A stretch of 63,273 nt of DNA, filler included, from 4 parts of 4 records of this genome joined end to end with filler, not necessarily neighbours in it, one strand, 5' to 3'; shown: positions 9,129 through 20,510, counted from the whole stretch's first letter. Numbers and translations: made by a program. Notes: generated by a model from the sequence alone, not told the origin.

Positions 9129-11159
9129 ATGTCACAGTCCGTATGGGATGCGACCAGCTTACCAACCTTTTCCACGATTGATGTAACGAGCATTGAGGCG
9201 GAATTGACAGAGCGCTTGAGTAACACACAAGCCGCGATTGATGCGTGCGTGAACGAAAACAGCGATCCGACGTGGGAAAGCCTAGTACTGCCGTTGGATC
9301 AGTTGCACGATGACCTTGCTAATTTCTGGTCGCCTATCAGTCACCTTAACTCTGTTAAAAATACGCCAGAGCTGCGAGAAGCGTACAATGCTTGCTTGCC
9401 TAAACTTACCCAGTATTACACCGACTTAGGGCAAAATAAGGCCTTGTATCAAGCTTACAAAACCTTAGCAGAAAGTGATGCGGCCAAACATCTATCGCCC
9501 GCGCAAACCGAAGCCTTAGTACAAACCATTCGTGACTTTGAATTGTCCGGTGTTGGCTTAGAAGGCGACGCCAAAAAACGTTATGGTGAAATCAGTCAGC
9601 GTTTGTCTGAGCTGAGCAGTCAATTCGGTGAAAATGTCTTGGACGCCACTCAAGCGTGGAGCAAGTTAATTACGGACGAAAAAGAGTTGGCCGGTTTACC
9701 TGACTCTGCGTTAGCACAAGCTAAGCAAATGGCAGAAGCCAAAGAGAAAGAAGGCTGGTTGTTTACTTTGGATTTTCCATCTTACATGCCAGTCATGAGC
9801 TACGCGGATAACGCCGCGTTGCGTGAAGAAATGTACCGAGCTTTTGCCACCCGCGCCTCTGATCAAGGGGGAGATATCAAGTTTGATAACGCTCCTTTGA
9901 TTGATGAGATTTTGGCATTGCGTCATGAAATGGCATACATTCTAGGCTTTGATAACTACGCTGAATTGTCCGTGGCGACCAAGATGGCCGATAACGGTCA
10001 GCAGGTCATCGACTTCTTGCAAACCTTAGCGCAACAATCAAAAAGCTCAGCAGAACAAGATCTTGCCCAATTAACCGCGTTCGCAAAAGACGAAAATGGC
10101 GTCACCGAGTTGAATGCTTGGGATATGGGGTATTACGCCGAGAAGCTGCGCCAGCATAAGTACAGTATCTCTCAAGAAGAGCTGCGCCCTTACTTTCCAA
10201 TGAATAAAGTCTTATCGGGACTGTTTCACGTGGCACAAACTTTGTTCGGCGTGGATATTCGAGAAGAAAAAGAATTCGATAGCTATAACAAAGACGTACA
10301 GCTCTTTACTATCAGTAAAGGTGGAGAAGACATTTCTCGCTTCTACCTAGACCCTTACTCCCGTGAAGCAAAACGTGGTGGCGCATGGATGGATTCGTGT
10401 CGGACTCGTCGTCGTTTGAGCGACAATCGTCTGCAGCTTCCTGTTGCTTACTTAGTGTGCAACTTCACTCCACCAATTGGCGACAAACCTGCCTTACTCA
10501 CACACGATGAAGTGACGACCTTGTTCCATGAATTTGGCCATGGTTTGCACCATATGTTGACGCAAGTTGATGTGTCTTCTGTGTCTGGGATTAACGGTGT
10601 CGCCTGGGATGCGGTTGAGCTACCAAGTCAATTTATGGAGAACTGGTGCTACGAACCAGAAGCCTTGGCCTATATCGCAGGGCATTTTGAAACCAATGAG
10701 CCATTACCAGACGCCTTGCTAGAAAAAATGCTGGCGGCGAAGAACTTCCAATCTGGTATGCAAATGATGCGTCAGTTGGAATTTTCATTGTTCGACTTCC
10801 GTTTGCACCGCGAATACCAAAAAGGCATTTCTGTACAATCCGTTATTGACGAAGTGCGTCGTGACGTTGCGGTTACGACACCACCAGAATTTAACCGTTT
10901 TCAGAACGGCTTCTCACATATCTTTGCAGGCGGATACGCTGCGGGTTATTACAGCTATAAATGGGCAGAAGTGTTGTCTGCAGATGCTTTCTCGAAATTC
11001 GAAGAAGACGGCATTTTCAATAAAGACACGGGTGCACGCTTCCGTGATACCATATTGGCCAATGGCGGCTCTCGCCCAGCGGCAGAATTGTTTGCTGAAT
11101 TCCGTGGTCGTGAGCCAAGTACCGACGCTTTATTGAGACACAGTGGCATTGCAGCCTAG
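9129..11159 (+). CDS. prlC: Oligopeptidase A (M3 family)
   Basis: FHEFGHGLHH, WDAVELPSQFMENW and FSHIFAGGYAAGYYSYKWAE motifs. Confidence 0.96.
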   Translation: MSQSVWDATSLPTFSTIDVTSIEAELTERLSNTQAAIDACVNENSDPTWESLVLPLDQLHDDLANFWSPISHLNSVKNTPELREAYNACLPKLTQYYTDLGQNKALYQAYKTLAESDAAKHLSPAQTEALVQTIRDFELSGVGLEGDAKKRYGEISQRLSELSSQFGENVLDATQAWSKLITDEKELAGLPDSALAQAKQMAEAKEKEGWLFTLDFPSYMPVMSYADNAALREEMYRAFATRASDQGGDIKFDNAPLIDEILALRHEMAYILGFDNYAELSVATKMADNGQQVIDFLQTLAQQSKSSAEQDLAQLTAFAKDENGVTELNAWDMGYYAEKLRQHKYSISQEELRPYFPMNKVLSGLFHVAQTLFGVDIREEKEFDSYNKDVQLFTISKGGEDISRFYLDPYSREAKRGGAWMDSCRTRRRLSDNRLQLPVAYLVCNFTPPIGDKPALLTHDEVTTLFHEFGHGLHHMLTQVDVSSVSGINGVAWDAVELPSQFMENWCYEPEALAYIAGHFETNEPLPDALLEKMLAAKNFQSGMQMMRQLEFSLFDFRLHREYQKGISVQSVIDEVRRDVAVTTPPEFNRFQNGFSHIFAGGYAAGYYSYKWAEVLSADAFSKFEEDGIFNKDTGARFRDTILANGGSRPAAELFAEFRGREPSTDALLRHSGIAA

Positions 11160-11248
11160 CTGTAGAAAACTGCATAACGAGCGTGGCGAATAACGAAATA
11201 GAAAAGTGGCGACGCGCTGCTTTTCTATAAGAGGCAATAGGCAATATT

Positions 11249-11509
11249 ATGACGGTAAAACGCTTTATCGCGGGGGCTGTTTGTCCTCGTTGTAGTGAAA
11301 TGGATAAAATACGCGCTTGGCGTGATGATGACGCTGAAAAACAATATCGTGAGTGTATTTCGTGTGGTTACACGGATGAGCAGTCTACGGTAATACAGGC
11401 GCAGCCAACCGAAATTCCAACGCGAGTGAATACGCCTCACAGCAGCGCGCCAGAGGCTGAAGAAGTGGTGATTAACTTTATTCCGAACCCTGGAATGACG
11501 AAGCACTGA
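11249..11509 (+). CDS. YheV family zinc-ribbon protein
   Basis: KRFIAGAVCPRC...RECISCGY. Confidence 0.88.
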   Translation: MTVKRFIAGAVCPRCSEMDKIRAWRDDDAEKQYRECISCGYTDEQSTVIQAQPTEIPTRVNTPHSSAPEAEEVVINFIPNPGMTKH

Positions 11510-11548
11510 TCGTCTTTTGCTCTAACGTTTGCGTTCTAAAACGTATGT

Positions 11549-11583
11549 AAAAACGGAGTCGTGAATAACGACTCCGTTTTTTT
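11549..11583. terminator. Bidirectional intrinsic terminator
   Basis: AAAAACGGAGTCGT-gaata-ACGACTCCGTTTTT between convergent genes. Confidence 0.88.
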
Positions 11584-11609
11584 ATGGAAAAGGGATTCGC
11601 AGCGGTTTC

Positions 11610-12140
11610 TCAGTCTGCGTAGCCACTACCAATGGCATTAAATGGCATCTTCAAGCCAAGATCCGGTACTTGCAAACCAATCCAAGTAGGGAAGGTGTTG
11701 CTGTTTGGGCCTGGGAACACAGTGTATTGATTCGCCCATGGATAGCGGGCCACGGCGTCCGTGATTTGTGGGATCAAGCGCTGGGCTTTTTCGCCTTGTA
11801 TCGACAATACCTTTTCTGGCTTCGCACCATACCAATAGCGATCGGGTGTTTTTGTCTGATATTCATGGAGCGCAGGCAAGCCTCTTTTTACACGCCAGCC
11901 AACCACTTCGTAGACATTATATTCTTTGGCGTTTTGTGGTTTAGTCGCGATCCAAGTGTGTACCGCAAACCAACCTCGCCAACTGAACGCATCCGCCGCA
12001 TAGACTTCAATAACCGCTTCTTGATCTGTCTCTGGGTTGGGCGCTATACCTGCCGGCTCACGACTTGCCGTTTGCCAATCATTGTTAGAACAAGCGCTGA
12101 TTAGCACGGTTAGTAATACGATTCCAATGTGTTTTAGCAC
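11610..12140 (-). CDS. DUF3750 family lipoprotein
   Basis: Lipobox LISAC; WRGWFAVHTWI, YEVVGW and PGPNSNTF motifs. Confidence 0.82.
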   Translation of the reverse strand: MLKHIGIVLLTVLISACSNNDWQTASREPAGIAPNPETDQEAVIEVYAADAFSWRGWFAVHTWIATKPQNAKEYNVYEVVGWRVKRGLPALHEYQTKTPDRYWYGAKPEKVLSIQGEKAQRLIPQITDAVARYPWANQYTVFPGPNSNTFPTWIGLQVPDLGLKMPFNAIGSGYAD

Positions 12141-12427
12141 CTTCTCATTCCTTGTTTGTTTTTGGGTAGTATCGCGTGTTGCTTACTCAGAGTACAAGTG
12201 CCTGTATTAGTGCCCGAAATAGCGTGACTTTTGTTACCGAGTGTTACTTTTTAGGGCGTCTTCGCCAAGCATGAAAATGTAACAGGAGCAAAGAGAGAAG
12301 CCTAATGAATCATAATTCCTAGAGAAATTAGACGTTTATAAAAATGAACTAATTCATGGCATGAGAAATGCTTTTCATTTTTCTGATATTGGAAATTAAA
12401 GTTTCACTCTTGAAGGAAGGGATAATA

Positions 12428-13864
12428 ATGAATCAGTCATCAGAGCTAGAAAATGATTCTCTTGCGCCTGTGGAAGAGAAGGATAAGAAATGGGGGTGGT
12501 TTGAAGTCTTCAATATTTGGGCCAACGACATTCAAAGTTTGTTTGGCTATACCTTAGTCGCTTCTTTGTTTATTTCTTATGGTGTTACTGGATGGACAGC
12601 CTTTTCTGCTCTGATTGTAGCAGGTTTGCTAGTTATGTTTTTGGTAAATATTTCAGGTAAGGCAGGGGTTGTGTACGGCATCCCATATCCTGTCTTAGCG
12701 CGAGCGAGTATGGGAGTGCAAGGAGCAAAGTTACCTGCGATGTTACGAGCAATTGTTGCTGTTTTTTGGTTTGGAGTGCAGACCTATTTTGCTTCAACGG
12801 CACTTAATTTGTTAATCGTGACAGTAACAGGGGCCTCTGACGGTGATGTGATTTTAGGTATGACAGGGATAGGTTGGCTTTCTTTCTTTATTGTTTGGGT
12901 TCTCCAAATGATTATTTTTTCTCGTGGTATGGGGTGGGTGAGCAAGTTTTTAAATTTAGCGGGTCCCTTCGTTTATATCGTGATGATAGGTTTATTGGTT
13001 GTCCTTTGGCAAAAGTCTGATGGGCAACTATTGAGTGCTGCAAATGATATTTTCCGCCATGAGGGAGCAAGTTTCAGTTCTGAAATTCATGGTTTTATTG
13101 CGATTGTTGGAACTATGGTCGCGTATTTTGCAGCGGTGATGATTAACTTTAGTGACTTTTCAAGATACACAAAAGATCAAAAATCTATGAAGCTTGGCAA
13201 CCTATTAGGACTGCCTTTGAATATGGTGGTTTTTTCGGCTCTAGCATTACTGATCACAGCGGGAGCTGCTGTGGTTTACAAGGATCAACTAACCAATCCT
13301 ACAGCCATTGTAGAGCGTGCGGACAGTGCATTATTAAGTGTGATCGCTGCCGTGACATTTTTTGCGGCAACAGTGGGAATCAACTTGGTAGCGAACTTTA
13401 TTCCTGCTGTTAATGGTATTGCAAACCTTTCACCCAAGACCATGACCTTCAAAAAAGCTGGTTTTATTACCTCTAGCTTTGCTTTGGTTATTGGCGCTTT
13501 CTGGACCAGTTTTATTAGTCAAGTTGGCATTGGGGCTTTTGTGAATACGTTAGGCGCTATGTTGGCACCTTTATACGGCATTATGATTGTGGATTACTAT
13601 TTAGTTCGTAAACAAAAGCTAAGCGTTAGTGATCTCTATGATGTCAGTAATGAAGGGGCTTATTTTTATAAACAAGGTTGGAATAATATTGCGCTAATTG
13701 CTTTCGTTGTGGGCGCCATTTTTTCTGTCTCTACTGTTTGGGTTGGATTTTTGTCGGTACTTTCAGGCTATGCTTGGCTACTAGGGGCTTTATTAGGTGC
13801 TGTTATTTATCATGGTTTAAGCCGCCGCGTGTTACCGACAAGTAAGAAGGCTGCCAATGCTTGA
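12428..13864 (+). CDS. NCS1 family nucleobase:cation symporter
   Basis: WANDIQS, YGIPYPVLARASMG, INFSDFSRY and GINLVANF motifs. ATG at 12428 follows AAGGAAGGG. Confidence 0.9.
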   Translation: MNQSSELENDSLAPVEEKDKKWGWFEVFNIWANDIQSLFGYTLVASLFISYGVTGWTAFSALIVAGLLVMFLVNISGKAGVVYGIPYPVLARASMGVQGAKLPAMLRAIVAVFWFGVQTYFASTALNLLIVTVTGASDGDVILGMTGIGWLSFFIVWVLQMIIFSRGMGWVSKFLNLAGPFVYIVMIGLLVVLWQKSDGQLLSAANDIFRHEGASFSSEIHGFIAIVGTMVAYFAAVMINFSDFSRYTKDQKSMKLGNLLGLPLNMVVFSALALLITAGAAVVYKDQLTNPTAIVERADSALLSVIAAVTFFAATVGINLVANFIPAVNGIANLSPKTMTFKKAGFITSSFALVIGAFWTSFISQVGIGAFVNTLGAMLAPLYGIMIVDYYLVRKQKLSVSDLYDVSNEGAYFYKQGWNNIALIAFVVGAIFSVSTVWVGFLSVLSGYAWLLGALLGAVIYHGLSRRVLPTSKKAANA

Positions 13865-13922
13865 GTGAAGAGAGTTTTCCTACACATCTTGAGACGTGTC
13901 AGTGGCTCTGCTAAGGGGAGTG

Positions 13923-13958
13923 AAAGTGAGCCTGTAATGGTAAGGGCTCGCTTTTCTT
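13923..13958 (+). terminator. Intrinsic terminator after the NCS1 gene
   Basis: AAAGTGAGCC...GGCTCGCTTTTCTT stem with a G-U pair. Confidence 0.55.
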
Positions 13959-14161
13959 GCCGCATTTAACTGACGGAAAGAAGCTAATTTTGAATGCAAA
14001 GACGGCGGAGTATTTGAGCTAGGATCGACTGGTATCGGTCAATTAAAGAGGATTTATCCTTCAAATCGCAAAATTTGGGAAGAAAACGCCCACAAATGGT
14101 TCATTTATGGGACGTGATGTTTTAAGGTGCCCCACTTAAAAAATTTGATGGATTTTTTCCC

Positions 14162-15379
14162 ATGACTTCAAATACGACCCCGTCCTTGTTTCAACGCTAC
14201 ATGAAAGGCAGCTTAGTCCTGCAAATTATCATTGGTGTGCTGTGTGGTATTGCACTAGCGTATGCGTTACCCAGTGCCGCTCAGTCTGCTGGTTTACTCG
14301 GTGGATTCTTTGTCAAAGCGCTGAAAGCCATTGCGCCTGTGTTGGTGTTTATTTTGGTGATGGCCTCGATTGCCAACCACAAACAAAATGAACAAACCTT
14401 TATCCGTCCGGTACTGGTTTTGTATGGTGTTGGTACATTGATTGCGGCGTTTGTTGCTGTGTTGTTTAGTTATGCCTTCCCTACTCAGTTGGATCTAGTC
14501 ACCGCGGATTTGAGCCGTTCTGCTCCTCAAGGTATTGCTGAAGTACTGCATACTTTGTTTTTTAATATGGTTGATAACCCAGTGAATGCGTTGGTGAAAG
14601 GCAACTATATTGGCATTTTAACGTGGGCTGTTTGTTTTGGTATCGGTTTACGTCATGCGTCTGATGCGACCAAAGATCTGTTGCAGAACCTAGCCGACAG
14701 CGTCACCACAGTGGTGGGCTTTGTGATTCGCTTAGCACCATTTGGTGTGTTTGGTCTGGTCGCGAATACGATTGCCACAACGGGCTTTAGTGCCTTGTTA
14801 GGTTACTCACATTTGTTGCTAGTATTGATCGGCTCTATGCTGTTTATTGCCCTAGTAACTAACCCGATTTTAGTGTTTTTGAGCACGCGTCAAAACCCTT
14901 ATCCTTTGGTGTTTCAATGTTTAAAAGAAAGTGGTGTGACCGCTTTTTTCACCCGCAGTTCAGCAGCCAACATTCCGGTAAACATGGATTTGTGTAAACG
15001 CTTAAAACTAGATGAAGACACCTATTCTGTGTCGATTCCTCTGGGTGCGACCATCAATATGGCAGGCGCGGCGATTACGATTACGGTATTAACCTTAGCC
15101 GCCGTGAATACATTAGGCATTCCAGTTGATTTCGCTACTGCGATTCTATTGAGCTTTATCGCGGCTGTGTCCGCCTGCGGTAGTTCTGGTGTAGCGGGTG
15201 GGTCGTTATTGCTGATTCCTTTGGCTTGTAGCTTATTTAACATTCCTAATGATGTGGCAATGCAGGTTGTGGCCGTCGGCTTTATTATTGGTGTCTTGCA
15301 GGATTCTGCAGAAACCGCACTTAATAGTTCGACCGACGTATTGTTTACAGCAGCGGCATGCCGTGCGGCGCAACGCTAA
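14162..15379 (+). CDS. sstT: Serine/threonine:Na+ symporter
   Basis: [29 protein letters not shown] and [13 protein letters not shown] motifs. Confidence 0.93.
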   Translation: MTSNTTPSLFQRYMKGSLVLQIIIGVLCGIALAYALPSAAQSAGLLGGFFVKALKAIAPVLVFILVMASIANHKQNEQTFIRPVLVLYGVGTLIAAFVAVLFSYAFPTQLDLVTADLSRSAPQGIAEVLHTLFFNMVDNPVNALVKGNYIGILTWAVCFGIGLRHASDATKDLLQNLADSVTTVVGFVIRLAPFGVFGLVANTIATTGFSALLGYSHLLLVLIGSMLFIALVTNPILVFLSTRQNPYPLVFQCLKESGVTAFFTRSSAANIPVNMDLCKRLKLDEDTYSVSIPLGATINMAGAAITITVLTLAAVNTLGIPVDFATAILLSFIAAVSACGSSGVAGGSLLLIPLACSLFNIPNDVAMQVVAVGFIIGVLQDSAETALNSSTDVLFTAAACRAAQR

Positions 15380-15403
15380 TCTCATCTCTTGATGTCGTGA
15401 GTC

Positions 15404-15431
15404 AGAAAGCCGCGCAGTGTCGCGGCTTTCT
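15404..15431. terminator. Terminator hairpin between convergent genes
   Basis: AGAAAGCCGCG-cagtgt-CGCGGCTTTCT. Confidence 0.8.
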
Positions 15432-15449
15432 TCGTTTTAGGGAAGGCGA

Positions 15450-17075
15450 TTAGGCGTGTGATTTCTTGAGCGGTTGTGAGATCAGTAGCTTACCTATTTC
15501 TTCGGCGAGGACTGGGCGTGAGTAGAGCCAGCCTTGGCCGATCGCATTGGGGCTTCGCTCCAGAATATAATCCTCTTCACGTTGCTCTTCTATGCCTTCA
15601 AACACCACGTGCATTTTCAGGTTTTCAATAAGTTGGAAAATGCCATTGAGCATGTTTTGATTGATGGAGTCGGTGCCGATGGCTTGAGTAAACATCTTGT
15701 CTATTTTGATCTCGTCTGCTTCCAGTGCGCTCAACCAAGAGAGGTTGGAATAGCCTGTACCGAAATCATCCAATGAAACTTGATAGCCCTTTTTGACGAA
15801 CTGTTTTGTCGTGTTCGACATGGCGTCTTGGTCGGCAGCAGAGCGTTCGGTAATTTCAAAAATGAGCTGTTCTGGTCGAATGCCATGCTGCTGCACTAGG
15901 TCATCAATAAATAACAAGAATTGAGAGTCTGTTAAATCTTGAATCGATAAATTAATACTGACAAAGAAGGCTTTATTGTTCACCAAATAGTCGCGCATGT
16001 CAGAGAGCGTTTTTGACACAATCAGCTTAGTCAGTTCTTTAATCTGATTATTTTTCTCGGCTAAGGCGATAAATACATCAGGGGAGACATAGCCATATTC
16101 CTCATCATTCCAACGGGCTAATGCTTCGACACCGATTATCTTTCCTGATTGTAACTGTATTTTGGGTTGGTATTGAACGTGCAATAGTTTCTTATCAATA
16201 GCCTGTTTGAGTCGTGCACCAAGAGAGTTTTTTCGCAGACGTGCAAAGGACAATAACAGGGAAAGAATGCCACCAAATAAAAAACCGATGACGATAATAA
16301 TAGCATGGTAGGTGTTTGAAATACCGAATATCCCTAATTGAGAATCCGTCGCTGTGGTGCAAATAACGGTACTGCCTTGCGTGCAAAGCTGAGTTTGTAT
16401 TTGACGTCCTTTGACAGGCAACCAGAAAAAAGGATCTTCTTTCTTTTTCAGTAATCCAATGGCTTGTTGTTTAGTGAGGTCGCCAAAAGTTTTGTAAATG
16501 TAATCGCTGTGCTTAGTCGTCAAAACTGCGGCAATAAACTCAGGGTTATGAGGTAAGTTTTTAAAAACATAATGAGAGACGAACGCAATACTATTGCGAC
16601 GAGCGATGGCATTACTGGTGATGCCTTCTGTCGGAATGTCTTTCAATCTTTTCCAAAATTGATAACCATCTGGCGTGAGTTCACTAAAGTGTGGCAGTTT
16701 CTTTTGCTCTGCTAAGAGGCCCCAGCCAGCCGTGCATTCTATTGCGCCGTTTTTGATTCGGCCTATGTCATGAATAAAGTCGTAGTTCCACAGACTTTCA
16801 CGAAGATACTCAATGTCTTCTGGTGAACATTGTTCAAACTGAGATTGTTGAGCAAATTTTAATGAAAGGCGACTTTCTTTATTAGCCTGTAGCCCGCGAT
16901 TTAGGATTGCCTCAGAGTACCCCCGTAGAAACTCGCGCTCATGTTTTATAATAACCACATGAACCACACTGATGGCGATCACTGTCCCTAATAATCCTGA
17001 TAGTAATGCCATCCAGTGCATTTTTTTAGGCAAAGAAAAAAAGCTAGAAGCGGTAGGCTGAAAAGCGCTGTGCAT
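15450..17075 (-). CDS. CSS-type periplasmic sensor + EAL c-di-GMP phosphodiesterase
   Basis: Two TMs, periplasmic Cys residues, GVEALARW, FEITE, DDFGTGYS, IKIDK and EGIE. Confidence 0.88.
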   Translation of the reverse strand: MHSAFQPTASSFFSLPKKMHWMALLSGLLGTVIAISVVHVVIIKHEREFLRGYSEAILNRGLQANKESRLSLKFAQQSQFEQCSPEDIEYLRESLWNYDFIHDIGRIKNGAIECTAGWGLLAEQKKLPHFSELTPDGYQFWKRLKDIPTEGITSNAIARRNSIAFVSHYVFKNLPHNPEFIAAVLTTKHSDYIYKTFGDLTKQQAIGLLKKKEDPFFWLPVKGRQIQTQLCTQGSTVICTTATDSQLGIFGISNTYHAIIIVIGFLFGGILSLLLSFARLRKNSLGARLKQAIDKKLLHVQYQPKIQLQSGKIIGVEALARWNDEEYGYVSPDVFIALAEKNNQIKELTKLIVSKTLSDMRDYLVNNKAFFVSINLSIQDLTDSQFLLFIDDLVQQHGIRPEQLIFEITERSAADQDAMSNTTKQFVKKGYQVSLDDFGTGYSNLSWLSALEADEIKIDKMFTQAIGTDSINQNMLNGIFQLIENLKMHVVFEGIEEQREEDYILERSPNAIGQGWLYSRPVLAEEIGKLLISQPLKKSHA

Positions 17076-17357
17076 TAGATATAGGGCTCTATTTAGAAGG
17101 GTTAATATGGAGCAGGGGCTCAGGGAGCGCGCATAATATAGAAAACACTCATGATAATTGTGCGTTGTTTGTGTAAATATGAAGCTTTTTGTTAACAGAG
17201 TTGTTTATTATTATTTCGTCATTCTTTATTACACATTAATGCGATACTTCTATCTTTTTTGTCCTCTTTTTATCCTAATTAATCGCCACTATGATGGACT
17301 TTTGCTGATGATTTTAACGTTCGTGCGGGATGTTGTTTTGATCAGTAATAAAATATG

Positions 17358-17379
17358 CACTAAGTATTAATACGTAGTG
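17358..17379. promoter_or_regulatory. 22-bp near-perfect palindrome upstream of the TRAP operon (candidate operator)
   Basis: CACTAAGTATTAATACGTAGTG, with one mismatched pair. Confidence 0.55.
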
Positions 17380-17486
17380 ACTCATGTTTTTTTGCGTATT
17401 CATACGAATAGCTTACAAATCCCCAGTGAGTGATTATCCTGTCTGCTTGATCCCGTTTTAAAAATAATAAACAACAGGACATAAAG

Positions 17487-18572
17487 ATGAACTCTTTAAA
17501 AATAACGACATTAGTGGCTGCTGCGGCAGTGACTATGACTACTTTCTCCATGTCTTCTACTGCTGCTGACAGAGTATATAAACTGAAGATGGCAGAAACA
17601 TGGACAACAAACTTCCCTATCTTTGGCGATGCGCCACGTAATATGGCTCGCATTGCAGACGAAATGTCTAACGGTCGTCTAAAAATCACCATCGACTCTG
17701 CGAACAAACACAAAGCGCCTTTTGGTATCTTTGATATGGTTCGTTCTGGGCAATACGATATCGGCCACTCAGCGTCTTATTACTGGAAAGGTAAAGTAGC
17801 CAACACACTGTATTTCACGACTATGCCATTTGGTATGACCGCCCCTGAGCAATATGGCTGGTTCTACGAAGGTGACGGCATGAAGTTAATGGAAAAGGTT
17901 TATAAGCCATTTGGCCTATTGTCTTTCCCAGGTGGTAATACCGGCATGCAAATGGGTGGTTGGTTTAAAAAAGAAATCAACACTGTGGATGACCTGAAAG
18001 GTCTGAAAATGCGTATTCCAGGGTTTGCTGGTGAAGTGCTTGCGAAACTGGGCGCGAAGCCAACGAACATTCCACCAGGTGAGCTATACACAGCACTAGA
18101 GCGTAATACCATAGACGCACTAGAGTGGGTTGGTCCTTCTCTTGATTTGCGTATGGGTTTCCACAAAATCGCACCTTACTACTACACAGGTTGGCATGAG
18201 CCAGCGACTGAGTTGCAGTTCTTAGTGAATGAGCGTACTTGGAAGCGTTTACCAGATGACCTGCGTGAAATCCTTCGTGTTTCTATGAAACTGTCTGCTT
18301 ATGACATGTACATTCAGTCTTACCATGAAAGTGGTGTGAACTGGGCGACGATGAAAACAGACTTCCCAAATATTCAGGTTAAAACCTTCCCTACTCCTGT
18401 ACTAAAAGCCATGAAAAAAGCTAACGACGAATTGTTGGCAGAAGCGGCCGCGAAAGACCCTCTTACTAAAGAGATTCTAGACTCGCAAAAAGAGTACATG
18501 AAAACGGCCCGTGTTTGGACGAACATCTCTGATCGTGCTTACCTTGAAAGTTTAGACAGTATCTCTGAATAA
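17487..18572 (+). CDS. dctP: TRAP transporter substrate-binding protein (TakP-like)
   Basis: Signal peptide; GNTGMQMGGWF, GLKMRIPG and DALEWVGP motifs. Confidence 0.92.
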   Translation: MNSLKITTLVAAAAVTMTTFSMSSTAADRVYKLKMAETWTTNFPIFGDAPRNMARIADEMSNGRLKITIDSANKHKAPFGIFDMVRSGQYDIGHSASYYWKGKVANTLYFTTMPFGMTAPEQYGWFYEGDGMKLMEKVYKPFGLLSFPGGNTGMQMGGWFKKEINTVDDLKGLKMRIPGFAGEVLAKLGAKPTNIPPGELYTALERNTIDALEWVGPSLDLRMGFHKIAPYYYTGWHEPATELQFLVNERTWKRLPDDLREILRVSMKLSAYDMYIQSYHESGVNWATMKTDFPNIQVKTFPTPVLKAMKKANDELLAEAAAKDPLTKEILDSQKEYMKTARVWTNISDRAYLESLDSISE

Positions 18573-18628
18573 CCCTCTACGACGCACGACGAACCAATCT
18601 CGTTGTGCGTCTTTTCTAGGAGTTTTGC

Positions 18629-19168
18629 ATGTTTTTAACAAACCTAGAGAGAGGAATCACTCGTTTCTCTAATCTGCTTGGTAGTATTTCAACTATCTTG
18701 CTAATCGCGTTGTTGTGTAATGTCTTTTACGACGTCTTATTGCGCTATGCCTTCAATGATGTGTCGATTGCGATGCAAGAGCTTGAGTGGCACCTGTACT
18801 CAGCGATTTTCTTATTAGGCATCCCTTACGGTATCCAACATGGCGGTCATGTCCGTGTTGATTTGATTTATGAAAATTTGTCCATCAAGAAGCGTGCTTG
18901 GATCGATTTATTTGGCTGTGCCTTTTTCATGCTGCCGTTTACGTTATTGGTTGGCTATTACGGTATTGGTCACGCACAAGAAGCGTTTGCTTTAGGTGAA
19001 GGCAGTGGTGACCCAGGTGGTCTACCGTATCGCTGGATTATCAAAGCCGTAATCCCATTTGCTTTTTTCTCCATGGCCATCAGTGGCGTGGGTATGATGA
19101 TTCGTTCTATTAATGCCATTCGCGGTATCAGCGAAGATGGCTTTAAGAACCCACCGATTCAACACTAA
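18629..19168 (+). CDS. dctQ: TRAP transporter small permease
   Basis: QELEWHL, GHVRVD and GSGDPGGLPYRW motifs. Confidence 0.9.
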   Translation: MFLTNLERGITRFSNLLGSISTILLIALLCNVFYDVLLRYAFNDVSIAMQELEWHLYSAIFLLGIPYGIQHGGHVRVDLIYENLSIKKRAWIDLFGCAFFMLPFTLLVGYYGIGHAQEAFALGEGSGDPGGLPYRWIIKAVIPFAFFSMAISGVGMMIRSINAIRGISEDGFKNPPIQH

Positions 19169-19201
19169 GCGCACTTCCAGCTCATTGCATATAGGTCATT
19201 T

Positions 19202-20491
19202 ATGATTGGAATTATTATGTTTTTCGTTGCCTTAGCTATGTTGATGCTAGGGTTCCCCGTCGCTTTTACGTTTGGCGGTATTGCACTGATCTTTGGCGTC
19301 TTTGCCGAAGGTTTCGACATGTTTGCTTTTATGCCTTTTAGGATTCAAAGCTACATGGAAAACACCACCATGATGGCGGTGCCTCTGTTTGTTTTCATGG
19401 GGATTGTGTTGCAGAAAACACAGCTTGCTGAGCAGTTGCTGGAAGCGATGGGCAAGTTGTTTGGCCGCGTACGTGGCGGCTTGGCGATTTCTACTATTTT
19501 GGTCGGTGCGCTGTTGGCGGCTTCGACGGGTGTGGTTGGTGCCAGCGTAGTGGCGATGGGACTCATCTCCCTCCCTGTTATGCTGAAGTACAAGTACAAT
19601 AAATCCCTTGCCTGCGGCACCATTTGTGCCTCTGGTACGCTTGGACAGATCATTCCTCCATCGATCATTTTGATCATTCTTGGCGATGTATTGGGGATTC
19701 CTGTTGGCGACTTGTTCCACTCTGCGATCCTGCCTGGCATGGTGTTGATCGGTTGTTACATTGTTTATATTTTGATTCTGACCTTCCTAAAACCGGAATT
19801 AGCTCCGGCGTTACCTGAAGATCTAGATGATGAAACTCGCGCGCAGCAAATCATCAGCGCGCTTAAAGCCATCATTCCGCCATTGGCATTGGTATTGGTG
19901 GTATTGGGTTCTATTTTCACCGGGATTGCGACACCAACAGAGTCTTCTGCATTGGGTGGCGTTGGCGCGATTGTTCTGGCGTTGTTGTACCGTAAGTTTA
20001 ACTGGAAAATGCTGTATTCAAGCAGTATGGAAACAGTGAAAGTTACCGCCATGGTATTCGCTATCTTGATGGGCGCAACCGCCTTCTCTATGGCCTTTAG
20101 TTACACCGGTGGTGATCAAATAGTTGAAGAAGTGTTATTGAATCTACCAGGCGAAAAATGGGGTTTCATCATTTTAGCCATGGTTGCCATTATGATTCTG
20201 GGCTTCTTTATCGATTTCGTCGAAATTGCGTTCATTATTGTGCCAATCTTGGCGCCTGTTGCTGAGGCATTGGGCATCAATATGGTGTGGTTTGCGATTC
20301 TGATTGCGATGAACTTGCAGACGTCTTTCTTAACACCTCCCTTTGGTTTTAGTTTATTCTATCTCAAAGGGGTCGCCCCAAGTTCAATCAAGACGACGGA
20401 TATTTATAAAGGGGTCATGCCTTTTATCCTGATCCAAGTATTGGTGCTTGCAAGCCTTATGATCTTCCCTGAATGGTATGGCATGAGCTAA
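19202..20491 (+). CDS. dctM: TRAP transporter large permease
   Basis: GTLGQIIPPS and QTSFLTPPFGFSLFYLKG motifs. Confidence 0.92.
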   Translation: MIGIIMFFVALAMLMLGFPVAFTFGGIALIFGVFAEGFDMFAFMPFRIQSYMENTTMMAVPLFVFMGIVLQKTQLAEQLLEAMGKLFGRVRGGLAISTILVGALLAASTGVVGASVVAMGLISLPVMLKYKYNKSLACGTICASGTLGQIIPPSIILIILGDVLGIPVGDLFHSAILPGMVLIGCYIVYILILTFLKPELAPALPEDLDDETRAQQIISALKAIIPPLALVLVVLGSIFTGIATPTESSALGGVGAIVLALLYRKFNWKMLYSSSMETVKVTAMVFAILMGATAFSMAFSYTGGDQIVEEVLLNLPGEKWGFIILAMVAIMILGFFIDFVEIAFIIVPILAPVAEALGINMVWFAILIAMNLQTSFLTPPFGFSLFYLKGVAPSSIKTTDIYKGVMPFILIQVLVLASLMIFPEWYGMS

Positions 20492-20510
20492 ATCAAAGGG
20501 TAATATCACG

